Below are positions 27,575 through 39,071 of a stretch of 64,000 nt of DNA, one piece after another (position 1 is the first letter of the stretch; every line of letters begins with the position of its first letter). The notes under the pieces are model-generated. The model worked only from the letters and a program-made list of their open reading frames with translations. It did no database searches and was not told where the DNA came from. The stretch covers positions 3,605 through 67,604 of the forward strand of contig QBWA01000001.1 of the NCBI GenBank assembly GCA_003283745.1, read 5' to 3'. This stretch comes from Prochlorococcus sp. AG-315-B03. Its GTDB lineage: Bacteria > Cyanobacteriota > Cyanobacteriia > PCC-6307 > Cyanobiaceae. A program made the position numbers and the translations under genes.

Positions 27575-29542
27575 ATGACTAGTTTAAAAAAGTCTTTTAA
27601 AGGTTCTTCTCAAGCACTTGCTTTTTGGGTTCCACATATAAAAGAAAAAAAAGCTTTACATAGAAACTCTAAAATTCAAGAAATTACTCGAGTTGATCAA
27701 ATATGGGAATGGCTAGGAGTTCATTTTGGCCATGTAAAAGCTGTTGACTCTCCTCATACATTGCATCCAGAAAGCTTTACATATAAGGAATTATCAGAAA
27801 ATATTTCTAAAGCTGCAGAGGGATTTATAGAAATGGGAGTAGAGCCTGGAGATGTGGTGGCTATTTTTTCTGAAAATAGTCCTAGATGGTTGATCGCTGA
27901 TCAGGGCATTATGAGGTCAGGTGCAGCAGATGCAGTTAGAGGTGCTACTGCTCCTGTGAATGAGCTTAAGTATATTCTTGAGGACTCTCATGCCGTTGGC
28001 TTGATTGTTCAAAATTCAGAGGTTTGGAGAAGAATTTCTCTTGATGAACGTCAGAAAAAGGGTTTGAAATTTGTAATTCAACTAGAGGGAGAAGCTAGCG
28101 AAGGTGTTCTTTCGTGGAATAGTTTTATGGAAAAAGTATTAGCTGATAAACAGGGAATTAAGTCTAAGAATGAAATTGATAACAAGCATATAGAAATCGC
28201 TACTATTTTATATACATCAGGGACTACAGGTAGACCTAAAGGTGTGCCTTTAACTCATTCTAATTTAATGCATCAAATTAGATCTTTAGCTTGTGTTGCA
28301 AATCCATCACCTGGATCATCAGTATTAAGTGTTTTGCCAATTTGGCATTCATATGAACGTAGTGCTGAATACTATTTTTTTTCGTGTGCGTGTACTCAAA
28401 CTTATACAACAATAAGATATCTAAAGGATGATTTACCAAGGGTTAAGCCAATAGTAATGGCTACTGTCCCAAGATTATGGGAATCAATAAAGCTAAGTTT
28501 TGATGATGCAGTTGAAAAAATGCCCTCTTTTCGAAAGCTTTTAATAAAGATGGCACTTTTAAATAGTAAGCAATATAAATTATCATTTCGGAAATTAAAT
28601 TCGTTGACACTTAATAGTGTCTCAATATGGGAGAAAGTTTTATCTTTACTTCTTGTTATTTTGTGTTTTCCAGTTCACTGGATTTCATCAACTTTTCTAT
28701 GGCATAAAGTTCTTACAAAGATTTGTGGAGGGAGATTGAAATTTCCGATAAGTGGGGGTGGTGCAATTGCACCTCATATTGATTCTTTCTTTGAAGCAAT
28801 TGGAGTGGAATTATTAGTAGGTTATGGTTTGACAGAAACTAGTCCAGTTCTTACTTGCAGAAGACCTTGGCGAAATATACGTGGCAGTGCAGGTCAACCT
28901 CTTCCTCAGACAGAAATAAAGATTGTCGATTCAGAAACATTTTCTATGAAGAATTTGAATGAAAAAGGTTTGGTAATGGCTCGAGGCCCTCAAGTGATGT
29001 CTGGTTATTTAGGTAAAAAGTTAGAGACTGAAAAGGTTTTAGATGTTAATGGTTGGTTTAACACCGGAGACTTGGGGATGTTAGTTACTGATGGATCTTT
29101 GGTATTGACAGGGAGAGAAAAGGACACGATTGTCTTAACTAGTGGAGAAAATATTGAGCCAGGACCACTTGAGGAAGCTTTAATTTCATCTCCCTTTATT
29201 GAACAGGCTTTTTTGTTAGGTCAGGACCAAAAGCATCTAGGTGCGTTACTTGTTCCTCGAACTGATTTGCTTCATGCATGGGCTTCAAAACAGGGATTAT
29301 CTTTTAACTTAAACTTGGAACTTTGTCCAGGTGATATTGAATTAAGAAAGTTGTTGAGAAGAGAGATGAACAAAGTTTTATTAGATCGCCCTGGATCAAG
29401 ACCAGAAGAGAGATTATTTGCAATCGCTTTGGTTAATCCATTTACTATTAAAAATGGCTTGCTTACTCAAACCCTTAAGCAAAGACGCCCACAAATCTTG
29501 CAAAAATACTTGAAAGTTATAAATGAAATTTATCATTCTTAA
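27575..29542 (+). CDS. aas: Long-chain acyl-ACP/CoA synthetase
   Basis: YTSGTTGRPKG, GYGLTET, TGDLG. Confidence 0.88.
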   Translation: MTSLKKSFKGSSQALAFWVPHIKEKKALHRNSKIQEITRVDQIWEWLGVHFGHVKAVDSPHTLHPESFTYKELSENISKAAEGFIEMGVEPGDVVAIFSENSPRWLIADQGIMRSGAADAVRGATAPVNELKYILEDSHAVGLIVQNSEVWRRISLDERQKKGLKFVIQLEGEASEGVLSWNSFMEKVLADKQGIKSKNEIDNKHIEIATILYTSGTTGRPKGVPLTHSNLMHQIRSLACVANPSPGSSVLSVLPIWHSYERSAEYYFFSCACTQTYTTIRYLKDDLPRVKPIVMATVPRLWESIKLSFDDAVEKMPSFRKLLIKMALLNSKQYKLSFRKLNSLTLNSVSIWEKVLSLLLVILCFPVHWISSTFLWHKVLTKICGGRLKFPISGGGAIAPHIDSFFEAIGVELLVGYGLTETSPVLTCRRPWRNIRGSAGQPLPQTEIKIVDSETFSMKNLNEKGLVMARGPQVMSGYLGKKLETEKVLDVNGWFNTGDLGMLVTDGSLVLTGREKDTIVLTSGENIEPGPLEEALISSPFIEQAFLLGQDQKHLGALLVPRTDLLHAWASKQGLSFNLNLELCPGDIELRKLLRREMNKVLLDRPGSRPEERLFAIALVNPFTIKNGLLTQTLKQRRPQILQKYLKVINEIYHS

Positions 29543-29550
29543 TTTGTTTA

Positions 29551-29573
29551 TTTGGTCAATTTAATTGACCAAA
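29551..29573. terminator. Inverted repeat after aas
   Basis: TTTGGTCAATT-T-AATTGACCAAA. Confidence 0.4.
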
Positions 29574-29620
29574 CCTTCTTTTGCTGAGAATCTTGGGATT
29601 GGTTATAAGTTCTGTTTAAA

Positions 29621-30061
29621 GTGGATTCAATCTCTATAAAACGCTCAATAACAGTTAGGGCTGTTGTAACACCTGCCTGGAAAGAGGAAGCTGAACGCGA
29701 ATTAAGTAATGCAATTTCTACAACAGATAAGCAACTTGGTGAATTGGAAAAAGAGGGGCAACAAATAGTTGATGGAGTTAGAAGTCAGAGCTCAAATCCT
29801 CTTGATCCTAGAGTGCAACAACAAGTTGCTCAAGTTCAGGAGCAAGTTTCTGCAAAAAGATCAGAGTTCGAAGAACAAAAAAGAAATCTTTTGCAACAGC
29901 AAGCTCAGGTGAGAGAATTAGAAATGGAACAAATTGTTGAACAAGGACAAATAGATAGTTTTTGCGATTTAAAAGTTGGGGATAATTTAGTTAGCAAAAT
30001 GGGACTAAGTATTCTGGTTCGAGATGGAATTGTAGAAGAAATTGAAGAGCCATCTTCTTGA
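29621..30061 (+). CDS. YlqD family protein
   Basis: IKRSITVRAVVTPAWKEE...VRDGIVEEI. Confidence 0.85.
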   Translation: MDSISIKRSITVRAVVTPAWKEEAERELSNAISTTDKQLGELEKEGQQIVDGVRSQSSNPLDPRVQQQVAQVQEQVSAKRSEFEEQKRNLLQQQAQVRELEMEQIVEQGQIDSFCDLKVGDNLVSKMGLSILVRDGIVEEIEEPSS

Positions 30062-30298
30062 ATTAAGTTTAATAAAAGAAGATGCTTTAGTTGAGGCGAT
30101 TAAGCTTCACTTGGTTGTTTAGATGTAACTAGTTCATTTATTAGTTTGTGGGCAAATCTGAGTTATAAGGTTTCAAATAGTGCCTTTGGATACTGACATG
30201 GGTAATATGTATTCATCACTCTTAACCGCCTTTCCAAGTAGGGAAAAGTTAGGGTAACGGTTAGGACAACCCACTAAAACTCAGTAAGGACAGAACAT

Positions 30299-31657
30299 AT
30301 GGCAACCCATGACATTTTTATGCCTGCTTTAAGTTCAACTATGACCGAAGGAAAGATTGTGGAGTGGCTTAAGAAGCCTGGAGACAAAGTTGGAAGAGGA
30401 GAGTCTGTTTTAGTTGTTGAGTCAGATAAAGCTGATATGGATGTGGAGTCATTTCATGATGGATTTCTTGCTTCTATTGTTATGCCAGCTGGGAGCTCTG
30501 CACCTGTTGGTGAAACTATTGGTTTGATTGTTGAGAGTGAAGACGAAATTGCTGCTGTTAAAGCCAAGTCGCCTACTCCCTCAGAGCCAGTTAGTGCAGA
30601 CTTAGAGAAGTCATCCCCACCAGTAGAAAAAAAAGTTTCTCTCTCAGACAGTTCTAATAGAAAAACATTGACAAACGAGAAAACTGTTGTGCCTCAAATA
30701 CCTATTAGTCCCCCTCAAGTTTTTAATGATGGTCGAATTGTCGCTTCCCCAAGAGCTAAAAAACTTGCTTCCCAAATGGGAGTCGACTTATCAACTGTAA
30801 GAGGAACAGGACCTCATGGTCGTATACAGGCTCAAGATGTTCAAAGTGCTAATGGACAACCAATAAGTGTTCCGTGGATTGCTGAAAGTGATTCTCCAGC
30901 TTCAATATCTACTTCTAGTTCACAAACTGAGAAATCTACAGAATCAGAAAAACCACCTCTCCCTGGTAAAAGTTTTGGATCAAGAGGAGAAACTATTGCT
31001 TTCAATACTCTCCAACAAGCAGTTAATCGCAATATGGAGGCAAGTTTAAATATTCCTTGCTTCAGAGTTGGATATTCGATTCTTACTGAGGAGTTGGACT
31101 CATTTTATAAAAAAGTTAAGCCCAATGGAGTAACGATGACGGCTCTACTTGCAAAGGCTGTTGGACTAACACTTGCTAGGCACCCTCAGGTTAATGCTGC
31201 CTTTAGCTCCGGAGGTATTGCATATCCTTCAGAAATAAATGTTGCTATTGCAGTAGCGATGGAGGATGGAGGTTTGATTACCCCTGTTCTGAAGAATGCT
31301 GACGAGACAGCTCTTGCTGATTTGTCTCGTCAATGGGCAGATCTTGTAAAACGTGCAAGAAATAAGCAATTAGAACCTCATGAATATAGTACTGGTACAT
31401 TTACTCTCTCAAATTTAGGCATGTTTGGCGTTGACCGATTTGATGCAATTCTTCCACCTGGTACAGGAGCTATTTTGGCGGTGGGAGGTTCTCTACCTAA
31501 AGTAGTTGCGTCTAAAGATGGTTCTATTTCTATAAAAAAACAGATGCAAGTTAATCTTACCGCTGATCATAGAGTTATCTATGGTGCGGATGGAGCATTG
31601 TTTTTGAAGGATTTGGCTTATCTAATAGAGAAGAATCCTCATAGCCTTTCTTCTTAA
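30299..31657 (+). CDS. pdhC: Pyruvate dehydrogenase E2 (dihydrolipoamide acetyltransferase)
   Basis: VESDKADM lipoyl domain, GTGPHGRI, DHRVIYG. Confidence 0.95.
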   Translation: MATHDIFMPALSSTMTEGKIVEWLKKPGDKVGRGESVLVVESDKADMDVESFHDGFLASIVMPAGSSAPVGETIGLIVESEDEIAAVKAKSPTPSEPVSADLEKSSPPVEKKVSLSDSSNRKTLTNEKTVVPQIPISPPQVFNDGRIVASPRAKKLASQMGVDLSTVRGTGPHGRIQAQDVQSANGQPISVPWIAESDSPASISTSSSQTEKSTESEKPPLPGKSFGSRGETIAFNTLQQAVNRNMEASLNIPCFRVGYSILTEELDSFYKKVKPNGVTMTALLAKAVGLTLARHPQVNAAFSSGGIAYPSEINVAIAVAMEDGGLITPVLKNADETALADLSRQWADLVKRARNKQLEPHEYSTGTFTLSNLGMFGVDRFDAILPPGTGAILAVGGSLPKVVASKDGSISIKKQMQVNLTADHRVIYGADGALFLKDLAYLIEKNPHSLSS

Positions 31658-31714
31658 TAATCGATTAAATGCAAGGTGTAGGAATTTATTTAACCATTAA
31701 ATATCTTTTCTGAC

Positions 31715-32812
31715 GTGTTTAACCTGCAAGATAATCTTTTAAGTTCATATAATTATGATTTGCCTCATGATTTAATTGCTCATTCACCTACTGAGCCTAG
31801 ACATGCAGCTAAATTAATGATTATAAAGAATGGAACATCTGATCCATTAAATCTTACTCATGCAAGGATATGGGATTTAAAAGATGAGTTAAAACCCGGT
31901 GATCTTTTAGTTGTTAATAACACTCGTGTTCTTAAAGCAAGATTGAGGGTTCGATTGTCAGGTGGAGGTTTGGCGGAGTTACTGTTAATGGAACCTAGAG
32001 GTGAAGGATGTTGGCTTTGTCTTGGTCGTCCTGGTAGACGTATGAGATCTGGAGATAAGTTGTGGTTGGATATTTCTTCGAAGAGTTCTTTACTTTTAAA
32101 GGTTATTGCTAAAGATGAAAGTACTGGAGGAAGAATTGTTAAATTCCCACAAGAATTTTCTAGTAGGGCACAAATGGAAAAGTTACTAGAAGGTTGTGGA
32201 GAAATTCCGTTGCCTCCTTATATAAATCAAGATTTATCCAGTAGCCATGATGAAAAATATCAGACTCGTTTTGCGCTTAAACCAGGAGCTATAGCAGCTC
32301 CTACTGCAGGTTTACATTTAAGCGACAAACTTATAGAAGGTTTAAAAAACAAAGGTATTGAATTTGCTCAAATAACCTTACATGTTGGTCTTGGGACTTT
32401 TAGGCCTTTAGAAGAGGAAGACTTATCTCAACTTCATTTACATCGTGAGTGGGTAGAAGTCAATGAAGAAGCTATAAAAGCAGTCGAAAATTGTAGAAAA
32501 AAGGGTGGCCGAGTTTTTGCTGTAGGTACTACCAGTGTAAGAGCCCTTGAGTCATCTTTTCTCTTAGGTAGAGGGGTTTTAAAGTCTTTTGAAGATCATG
32601 TTGACTTAGTGATAAAGCCGGGATTTAAATTTGGAGTAGTCGATGGGTTGCTAACAAATTTTCACTTACCCAAAAGTTCATTATTATTATTAGTCAGTGC
32701 TTTTCTTGGTCGTAAACGTATGTTGAGCCTTTATAAAAATGCAATAGAAAATAAATATCGGTTTTTTTCTTATGGTGATGCAATGCTGATATTACCTGAT
32801 TCTATTGCGTAA
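31715..32812 (+). CDS. queA: SAM:tRNA ribosyltransferase-isomerase
   Basis: [30 protein letters not shown]. Confidence 0.96.
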   Translation: MFNLQDNLLSSYNYDLPHDLIAHSPTEPRHAAKLMIIKNGTSDPLNLTHARIWDLKDELKPGDLLVVNNTRVLKARLRVRLSGGGLAELLLMEPRGEGCWLCLGRPGRRMRSGDKLWLDISSKSSLLLKVIAKDESTGGRIVKFPQEFSSRAQMEKLLEGCGEIPLPPYINQDLSSSHDEKYQTRFALKPGAIAAPTAGLHLSDKLIEGLKNKGIEFAQITLHVGLGTFRPLEEEDLSQLHLHREWVEVNEEAIKAVENCRKKGGRVFAVGTTSVRALESSFLLGRGVLKSFEDHVDLVIKPGFKFGVVDGLLTNFHLPKSSLLLLVSAFLGRKRMLSLYKNAIENKYRFFSYGDAMLILPDSIA

Positions 32813-32820
32813 TTTTAGCT

Positions 32821-33807
32821 TTAGGCTGAATATGGTTCTTTTATGATTCCTGCGGGGACATTTTCAAACATAATTGAAGAGATATACCTTTCTGCAAGAT
32901 CAGGTAAAATGACAACTATTATTTTACCTGCAAACTCTTCTTGTTCTGCAAGCCTTACTGCTGCTGCTGCTGCTGCACCACAAGAGATACCGACTAGTAG
33001 TCCTTCTTCTTGAGCTAGGCGTAATGCCATAGCTATTGACTCATCATTAGATACTTGCTCGACTTTATCGACTACTGACAAGTCAAGGTTTTTAGGAATA
33101 AAGCCAGCTCCAATCCCTTGGATTTTATGAGGGCCAGGTTTTACTTCCTCTCCATTAAGAGTTTGAGTTATTACAGGGCTATGACTTGGCTCAACAGCAA
33201 CAGATAGTAATGATTGGTTTTTCTCTTGCTTTATATAGCGTGAAATACCTGTAATTGTTCCACCAGTTCCTACTCCAGAAACAAGAACGTCAATTTCGCC
33301 ATCTGTATCGTTCCAAATTTCAGGACCAGTAGTTTTGAAATGTATCTCTGGATTAGCAGGGTTATCAAACTGACCGGGCATAAAATATTTTTTTGGGTCA
33401 CTTTGTCGAATTTCGTTGGCTTTAGCAATCGCACCAGGCATACCTTTGGCGGCTTCAGTAAGAATCAATTCAGCCCCTAAAACAGCCATCATCCTTCTTC
33501 TCTCGATGGACATAGACTCTGGCATCGTAAGAATAAGTTTGTATCCTCTTGCGGCAGCTGTATATGCAAGGGCTATACCTGTATTACCCGAGGTAGGCTC
33601 GATAATAATCTTGTCTTTGTTTAATAAGCCTTTCTTTTCAGCATCCCAAATCATATTTGCGCCAATTCTACATTTGACGCTGTAAGCAGGATTACGTCCT
33701 TCTATTTTTGCTAGAACCGTTGCTTTAGCATTTTTAGTGATTGAATTAAGTTTAACCAATGGGGTATGACCAATAGCAAAACTATTGTCTTCATAGATTC
33801 TGGACAT
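32821..33807 (-). CDS. cysK: Cysteine synthase A
   Basis: [30 protein letters not shown]. Confidence 0.96.
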   Translation of the reverse strand: MSRIYEDNSFAIGHTPLVKLNSITKNAKATVLAKIEGRNPAYSVKCRIGANMIWDAEKKGLLNKDKIIIEPTSGNTGIALAYTAAARGYKLILTMPESMSIERRRMMAVLGAELILTEAAKGMPGAIAKANEIRQSDPKKYFMPGQFDNPANPEIHFKTTGPEIWNDTDGEIDVLVSGVGTGGTITGISRYIKQEKNQSLLSVAVEPSHSPVITQTLNGEEVKPGPHKIQGIGAGFIPKNLDLSVVDKVEQVSNDESIAMALRLAQEEGLLVGISCGAAAAAAVRLAEQEEFAGKIIVVILPDLAERYISSIMFENVPAGIIKEPYSA

Positions 33808-33891
33808 TTGAAGAAACTACTTTTTTAACTAATTATTTAAATCTAGAGAAAATAACTGTAATTGGTTGTTTATATAATACTTAGTAGTGAT

Positions 33892-35370
33892 TTAGTTATT
33901 ATTTTTTATTGTTGATTCGAACCTTTGCCATAATTCATCTTGATTTTCAAGTCCCACAGAAACCCTTAGTAAATGAGATGAGACTCCGCACTCTTCAGCC
34001 CATTGGAGTTCTTTATAGTGTGCCAATAAAACATAAGGACATACTAATGTAAAATTTGTACCTAAACTTGGACCTTTGCAGACCCTTAGTCCGTCATAAA
34101 CTCTTTTTGACTCTTCAAGTCCTCCTTTAAGTTCAAATGATAAGAGACATCCATATCCTCCTCCAGGCTTCAATAGAGAATTAAAATTTTCACAGTCTTT
34201 TGGATGTCTAACCCTTGAAATTTTCTTCATTGTCTCTAATTTTTCTTTCAACCGTAAGCATGCATTATTTAGTTTTTTTAGACGATAAATTATATCTCGA
34301 CTAGTTATTTCAAGCTCAATAGCATCAGAGTCAGATAATGTTGAGAGTGCAACATTTGGTATTATCTCTGCTAATTCATTTTTCCATTTTGAATAAGGAC
34401 TAATTACAACACTACCAGCAAGAATATCTCCGCGGCCGGCAAAGCTTTTTGTTAGTGAACTGAAAATTACATCTGCAAAAGGAGTTACGTCAATATTTAG
34501 AGGGGAACCAATAGTATCGTCAACTATTACTGGAATATCTTTTTCATGGGCTAATTTTGAAATGGATATTAAATCCACACATTGCAGTAAAGGGTTGCTA
34601 GGTATTTCTATTATAAGGGCGGCAGGATTTCTTTTTTCGAGCTCTTTTTTTATTTTAGTTAATGAGGTGTCAACTAAAAGATCACTACCTTGATAAATTA
34701 CTTGTGGAAGTTTTAGGACATCGACATATGGAAAACCTACTTGAAGAATCCGGCGATCCCCTCTGATTTTTCTCAGGGCATTAAGTGTCGTAGTTAGAGC
34801 TGCCATCCCTGACCGATGTAGATGAACTAAATTTCTCTCGCAATCATATAAATTCGCTAAACGATTACAAATTTCATAGCGTGCCTTCTGGCCATCATCT
34901 ATAGATGGCTTTGCCTCCTTTCCCAGAGCAATCGCTGCTTCTCGTGATGACAACCCGAGTCCTGTATGTTGCCAAAAAGCTTTTGCTGAATCAGTATTTT
35001 CTTGGTTGACGATTAAACACTTAAATCCAAGGAAATCTTTGATTTTGGTTTGGCAATCAGGATTTATTCTATGACAATGGCTTTGTGCACTTTTAGCGCT
35101 AGCGATATTGGGATAAGGCCAACTGCTTTGATTGCGTTCATTATGAAACTTAAGAGATTTACTAGCTAGCTCAGCGATTAAAGGATTAAAACCAAATCTT
35201 GGATAAATGGCTTTTAATGAACTTAGGCAGTCTGGGTCTTTGTTTTCATAGTCGACAACATCTTGCCATCGAGGTAATGCTACAGAAACTGCATGAGGGC
35301 TTTTTGGTAGAGGTTCCCCTAGGTCTTTAGAGCTCCAGCAAGGGTTCGTTTGTAAATTGCGTTGTTTCAA
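33892..35370 (-). CDS. Cystathionine gamma-synthase-like PLP enzyme
   Basis: SGMAA, EIPSNP, DDT, SLTKSFAG, GPSLG, LRVSVGLE. Confidence 0.85.
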   Translation of the reverse strand: MKQRNLQTNPCWSSKDLGEPLPKSPHAVSVALPRWQDVVDYENKDPDCLSSLKAIYPRFGFNPLIAELASKSLKFHNERNQSSWPYPNIASAKSAQSHCHRINPDCQTKIKDFLGFKCLIVNQENTDSAKAFWQHTGLGLSSREAAIALGKEAKPSIDDGQKARYEICNRLANLYDCERNLVHLHRSGMAALTTTLNALRKIRGDRRILQVGFPYVDVLKLPQVIYQGSDLLVDTSLTKIKKELEKRNPAALIIEIPSNPLLQCVDLISISKLAHEKDIPVIVDDTIGSPLNIDVTPFADVIFSSLTKSFAGRGDILAGSVVISPYSKWKNELAEIIPNVALSTLSDSDAIELEITSRDIIYRLKKLNNACLRLKEKLETMKKISRVRHPKDCENFNSLLKPGGGYGCLLSFELKGGLEESKRVYDGLRVCKGPSLGTNFTLVCPYVLLAHYKELQWAEECGVSSHLLRVSVGLENQDELWQRFESTIKNNN

Positions 35371-36536
35371 GAGATCTTTTCAAAGGCTTGATTTAAATCT
35401 GCAATTAAGTCATCAATATCTTCACAACCAACTGAAAAACGAATGAGTGAATCATTTATACCTATCTTTAATTTTGTTTCCCTTGGAACTGATGCATGTG
35501 TCATTGTCGCTGGATGGCAAACAAGACTTTCAATTCCTCCAAGACTTTCAGCCATTTTGAAGAAGTGAAGACTTTTGCAGAAGGAATAAGTTATCTTTTC
35601 ATTAGCCTTAAGACTTGCAGTGACAATTGCACCTCCAGAGACCATTTGCTTTTTTGCTAGTTTACTTTGTGGATGATCATGCCTAAACGGATATAGAACA
35701 ACATCAATTAGTGGATGAGTCGCAAGTTGGTTAGCTATCTCAGATGCATTTTTGATTTGCCTTTCTAGTCGAAGGGGAAGAGTCTTTACACCTCTTGTGA
35801 TTAACCAGCAATCAAAAGGAGAAGGATTTAGCCCAAGTGCTTTTTGCGCGAAAATGAGACGTTGATTCCATTCGGAACTTTCTGTACAAATTGCACCACC
35901 AAGAGCATCTGAGTGACCATTAATATATTTGGTAGTGCTTGTTAAAGATAAAGTCGCTCCAAGTTTGAGAGGTTGTTGTAAAATAGGCGTTGCAAAGGTA
36001 TTGTCTACTACTACTGGGATATTTATTTGATTAGCAATTGTACAGATTTTGTTTATATCAATTATTTTCAGAAGTGGATTGGTTGGACTTTCTATCCAAA
36101 TCATTGCAGGATTGAGTTCTGGAATGATTTCTTCAGGAATTGCATTGGTAAAGTCTATCCATACAGTTTTCAATCCAAAACGATTGAAGACTTGTTCGAA
36201 TAACCTTACCGTACAACCATAAAGGTTCTCTTCGCATAGGATTAAGTCACCTTTTCTTAGCGAAGAAACTATTGCTGTAATTGCAGCAACTCCAGAGCTA
36301 AATACATTTGCATATTTGCAATCTTCTAATGATGATAAAACTGATTCTAGAATGCTGAAATTGGGATTACCTGAGCGAGTGTAATCAAATCCACCATCAT
36401 TCCCATGAATAAAAGTTGAGCTTGGAAATATGGGAGGCATTATTGTTCCTGTTTCTTTTGCATAACTTTCTTTGTTATGAATAACCCTTGTATTTATTCC
36501 AGGGTTAATTATTTTTCCGTCTTTTTCTGAACTCAT
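35367..36536 (-). CDS. Cys/Met metabolism PLP enzyme (MetB/MetC family)
   Basis: YTRSGNP, ESPTNP, DNTF, STTKYINGHSD, ESLGG. Confidence 0.9.
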   Translation of the reverse strand: MSSEKDGKIINPGINTRVIHNKESYAKETGTIMPPIFPSSTFIHGNDGGFDYTRSGNPNFSILESVLSSLEDCKYANVFSSGVAAITAIVSSLRKGDLILCEENLYGCTVRLFEQVFNRFGLKTVWIDFTNAIPEEIIPELNPAMIWIESPTNPLLKIIDINKICTIANQINIPVVVDNTFATPILQQPLKLGATLSLTSTTKYINGHSDALGGAICTESSEWNQRLIFAQKALGLNPSPFDCWLITRGVKTLPLRLERQIKNASEIANQLATHPLIDVVLYPFRHDHPQSKLAKKQMVSGGAIVTASLKANEKITYSFCKSLHFFKMAESLGGIESLVCHPATMTHASVPRETKLKIGINDSLIRFSVGCEDIDDLIADLNQAFEKIS

Positions 36537-36682
36537 ATTTCTTTAGTTGATTTTCTTAAGTTTAGAGAAAAACATGATAAATCCCCAAAATAGGACGGAA
36601 TCATTTGAATTTACGAAAGCCCAGTCCGGAAAAAGGATTAAACCGTTCTTGAATAAGTATAAGCTTTCTATGACTGAGATCT

Positions 36683-36949
36683 ATGGCAGTCTTAGTGCTT
36701 TGTGCAAAGTTTGTATTGGATATTATCTACACATTCACTAATAAGTTTGAAAGTTTCAGAAGGTTTGCAAGAGAACAGATCGCTCTATTTGCATTTGGAA
36801 TAGCAGAACCTTATCTAAGACGAGTTCCTGTCGCACAGCTTATTTTGCTTTTTCCCTGGCCTAGGAAGATTTCAACTCGAAGACCTGCTCTATTAGGAAT
36901 ACAGCTGAAACTCGTTACAAATTCTTTGTTTACCCTGGATTTCGGCTGA
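36683..36949 (+). CDS. Hypothetical protein
   Basis: 88-aa ORF in the intergenic islet. Confidence 0.35.
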   Translation: MAVLVLCAKFVLDIIYTFTNKFESFRRFAREQIALFAFGIAEPYLRRVPVAQLILLFPWPRKISTRRPALLGIQLKLVTNSLFTLDFG

Positions 36950-37013
36950 TCAAGTTTATGGTTCAATTTGGACAGAATTTTGACAAGCCTCTAAGCACAA
37001 GACGTATACTGAT

Positions 37014-37027
37014 AGTATCTATGTACC
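37014..37027. promoter_or_regulatory. Putative LexA (SOS) box
   Basis: AGTAT-CTA-TGTACC, one mismatch to cyanobacterial RGTAC-N3-DGTWCB, just after TATACT (37005-37010). Confidence 0.5.
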
Positions 37028-37044
37028 ACCTGCATGCCTCTAGG

Positions 37045-37278
37045 ATGAAGAGAGACGGATGGATTAAGGAGCGAAGTGGAGTTTGGATACTTCGCTTCAG
37101 GTATGAATGGGAATCTTGGGATGAAGACCCTCGTGTGCTTGTCGAGAAAGGAAGACTCGAATTCTGTGGCGTACCTCTTCTTAAGACTAGGAAACGTATG
37201 CGTAGGAGTTCTGCCGTAATGCTATGGCGAAATCTTTTATCAACTGGCTGGGAGCAAGTTAACCCTCAATGGGAGTAG
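37045..37278 (+). CDS. DUF1651-like protein; start reassigned to the in-frame ATG at 37045
   Basis: DGWI....WILRF...PLLKTRKRM....A..LW..L...GW pattern; the promoter lies inside the longer 36958 ORF. Confidence 0.7.
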   Translation: MKRDGWIKERSGVWILRFRYEWESWDEDPRVLVEKGRLEFCGVPLLKTRKRMRRSSAVMLWRNLLSTGWEQVNPQWE

Positions 37279-37464
37279 TTTGAGGTGAAGATTGATACCT
37301 TTTGTATGTTTTTCATCATCCCAGCCCAATAGGTCTATTAGTGCTAACCCTATACGTAATTATGCCTTTAACATTTTTTCTTTTTTATAAGTTTTGATCC
37401 TAATTTTATCGGTATTTTACGAACACTGTTGGTCATTAAATAGCTTGAGAAGCTAGAAGTATCC

Positions 37465-37671
37465 CTATTCAAAGCTAGATAAGCATGATGGGATATCGTA
37501 GTAATAATCATTTAAATTCTTAGCCCATTCTTTGTGGTGCTCATCTAAATCTAGTGAGTTCGTTTGAGTGTTTGCCTCTAGCATCTGTCTTATTAATGCA
37601 ATCTTTGTATCAGTCACTTCTGGTGAATAAAACTTCAGTGGCTGTTTGGTAAGCAAGTTGTCTCCACTCAT
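37465..37671 (-). CDS. Hypothetical small protein
   Basis: 68-aa ORF. Confidence 0.5.
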   Translation of the reverse strand: MSGDNLLTKQPLKFYSPEVTDTKIALIRQMLEANTQTNSLDLDEHHKEWAKNLNDYYYDIPSCLSSFE

Positions 37672-37860
37672 AAATCACCCAACTTGAAAACTTAGAGTAA
37701 AATGTTTTTACTCTATGGGACTATAACGAAGAGATATTTTTAAGGATTTATTCCTGTTTGCTTTACAAAATAAAGAGATTGGAGATGGTGGCAATATATT
37801 CAGTAGCTTCATAATGGCATATAGATTCTTTGAGACTTAAGTCTTTACTTGGAAATTTGC

Positions 37861-38037
37861 CTACCTTTTAGATAATGAATTTCCTGAAGACCACATGCTT
37901 CTTAAACCCAGTTTGTCTTTAAGCAACATAAATGGAAGACTTGCTAAAATCGCTAACGCAATCAATGCATAAATGTCTGTTGTAAACCTTGCTATACCCC
38001 ATTCAGATGAAGCGAGTGCAAAAATTGATAGCTGCAT
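37861..38037 (-). CDS. Small single-TM protein, 58 aa, absent from the ORF track
   Basis: MQLSIFALASSEWGIARFTTDIYALIALAILASLPFMLLKDK... Confidence 0.5.
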   Translation of the reverse strand: MQLSIFALASSEWGIARFTTDIYALIALAILASLPFMLLKDKLGLRSMWSSGNSLSKR

Positions 38038-38583
38038 TAATCTATTTTATTTAGGCAAGTTTAATGTATATCTATAAAACAAGTAGATAGGATTTTCTTA
38101 TAGAAAATTATTAAAGCATAAAAAAGCCGTTTAAAGTATTCGACTTGGCTTTTAGTATATATTTAAATCAAGTTCAGGTTTTTAACTTTTCTTAGGAGTT
38201 TGAACTAATCGATTCTCTTTTCCGGACATCTGAAAAATAGAAGCTTCTCCAGTAGTAAGAAGCTTTCCAGGCCATATTGTGTAATAGGGAGTAAACATGA
38301 TCAGCAAATTAACTTTGCAAAATCTAAAGGGAATTAATGGTCAAGGTTTTCAGTGCGATTATGAATTTATTACGAATGATAGATATAATTGATAGTTTTC
38401 GAGATCTTCTGTATTTGGGTTTGGCTTAGGCCTTCTTAGCTCTTTGGTTCGGCGTTATTTCGTGGAGGCTTTATTGCTTTGTGTGGTGAGGTTATGCCTA
38501 AAATATTTGGTTTGAGCTTGATTTTTTAATTAAATACAACAATATGGTTTAACAGGTAGATTAAATAGTCGAATTCAAAACTA

Positions 38584-38841
38584 ATGACTAAAGATTGGAA
38601 ACCAGTAGATCCTCAGGTTCTAGTCGATGCTTGGGAGGAATTAAAAGACTGTGCCGAGGGGATACAAAAAGATCTCGCTTGTCCTGATGAAGAAGTTGCA
38701 AAGATTCTGAGGTCTGTTGCTGATAGTTTTCATGGAGTTGAAGAGGTTCTTGATAAAGAAGAAGTCAAAGCAGTCATACACCCTCAAAGGAATAATCAAA
38801 ACCAAAGTAACAATCAAAACCAAAACAAAGATGAATGGTAA
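38584..38841 (+). CDS. Hypothetical acidic protein with N/Q-rich tail
   Basis: 85-aa ORF ending RNNQNQSNNQNQNKDEW. Confidence 0.65.
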   Translation: MTKDWKPVDPQVLVDAWEELKDCAEGIQKDLACPDEEVAKILRSVADSFHGVEEVLDKEEVKAVIHPQRNNQNQSNNQNQNKDEW

Positions 38842-39071
38842 TTAGGAATTGAGACAGTTACTCATTTTACGAACCCAAGAGGGCAGTCATCTCAATGAAT
38901 ATTATTCAAAGTGCAAGTCTTATTTATGACTGTTTGGTGGTTTTGTCTCAAGCGAATATTCGAACATTAATGAAACATTAACTACCGTTTTCTGGATAAT
39001 TTAATCCTATTCGTCATGATATCTTTGGCTTCCCAACTAAGAAACTTAAAAAATAAATAGATATTAGATAA

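Noticed and set aside
30221-30265. Hairpin in the pdhC leader (TAACCG...CGGTTA) as a riboswitch
   Set aside because: No motif I can assign; one sequence gives no covariation support
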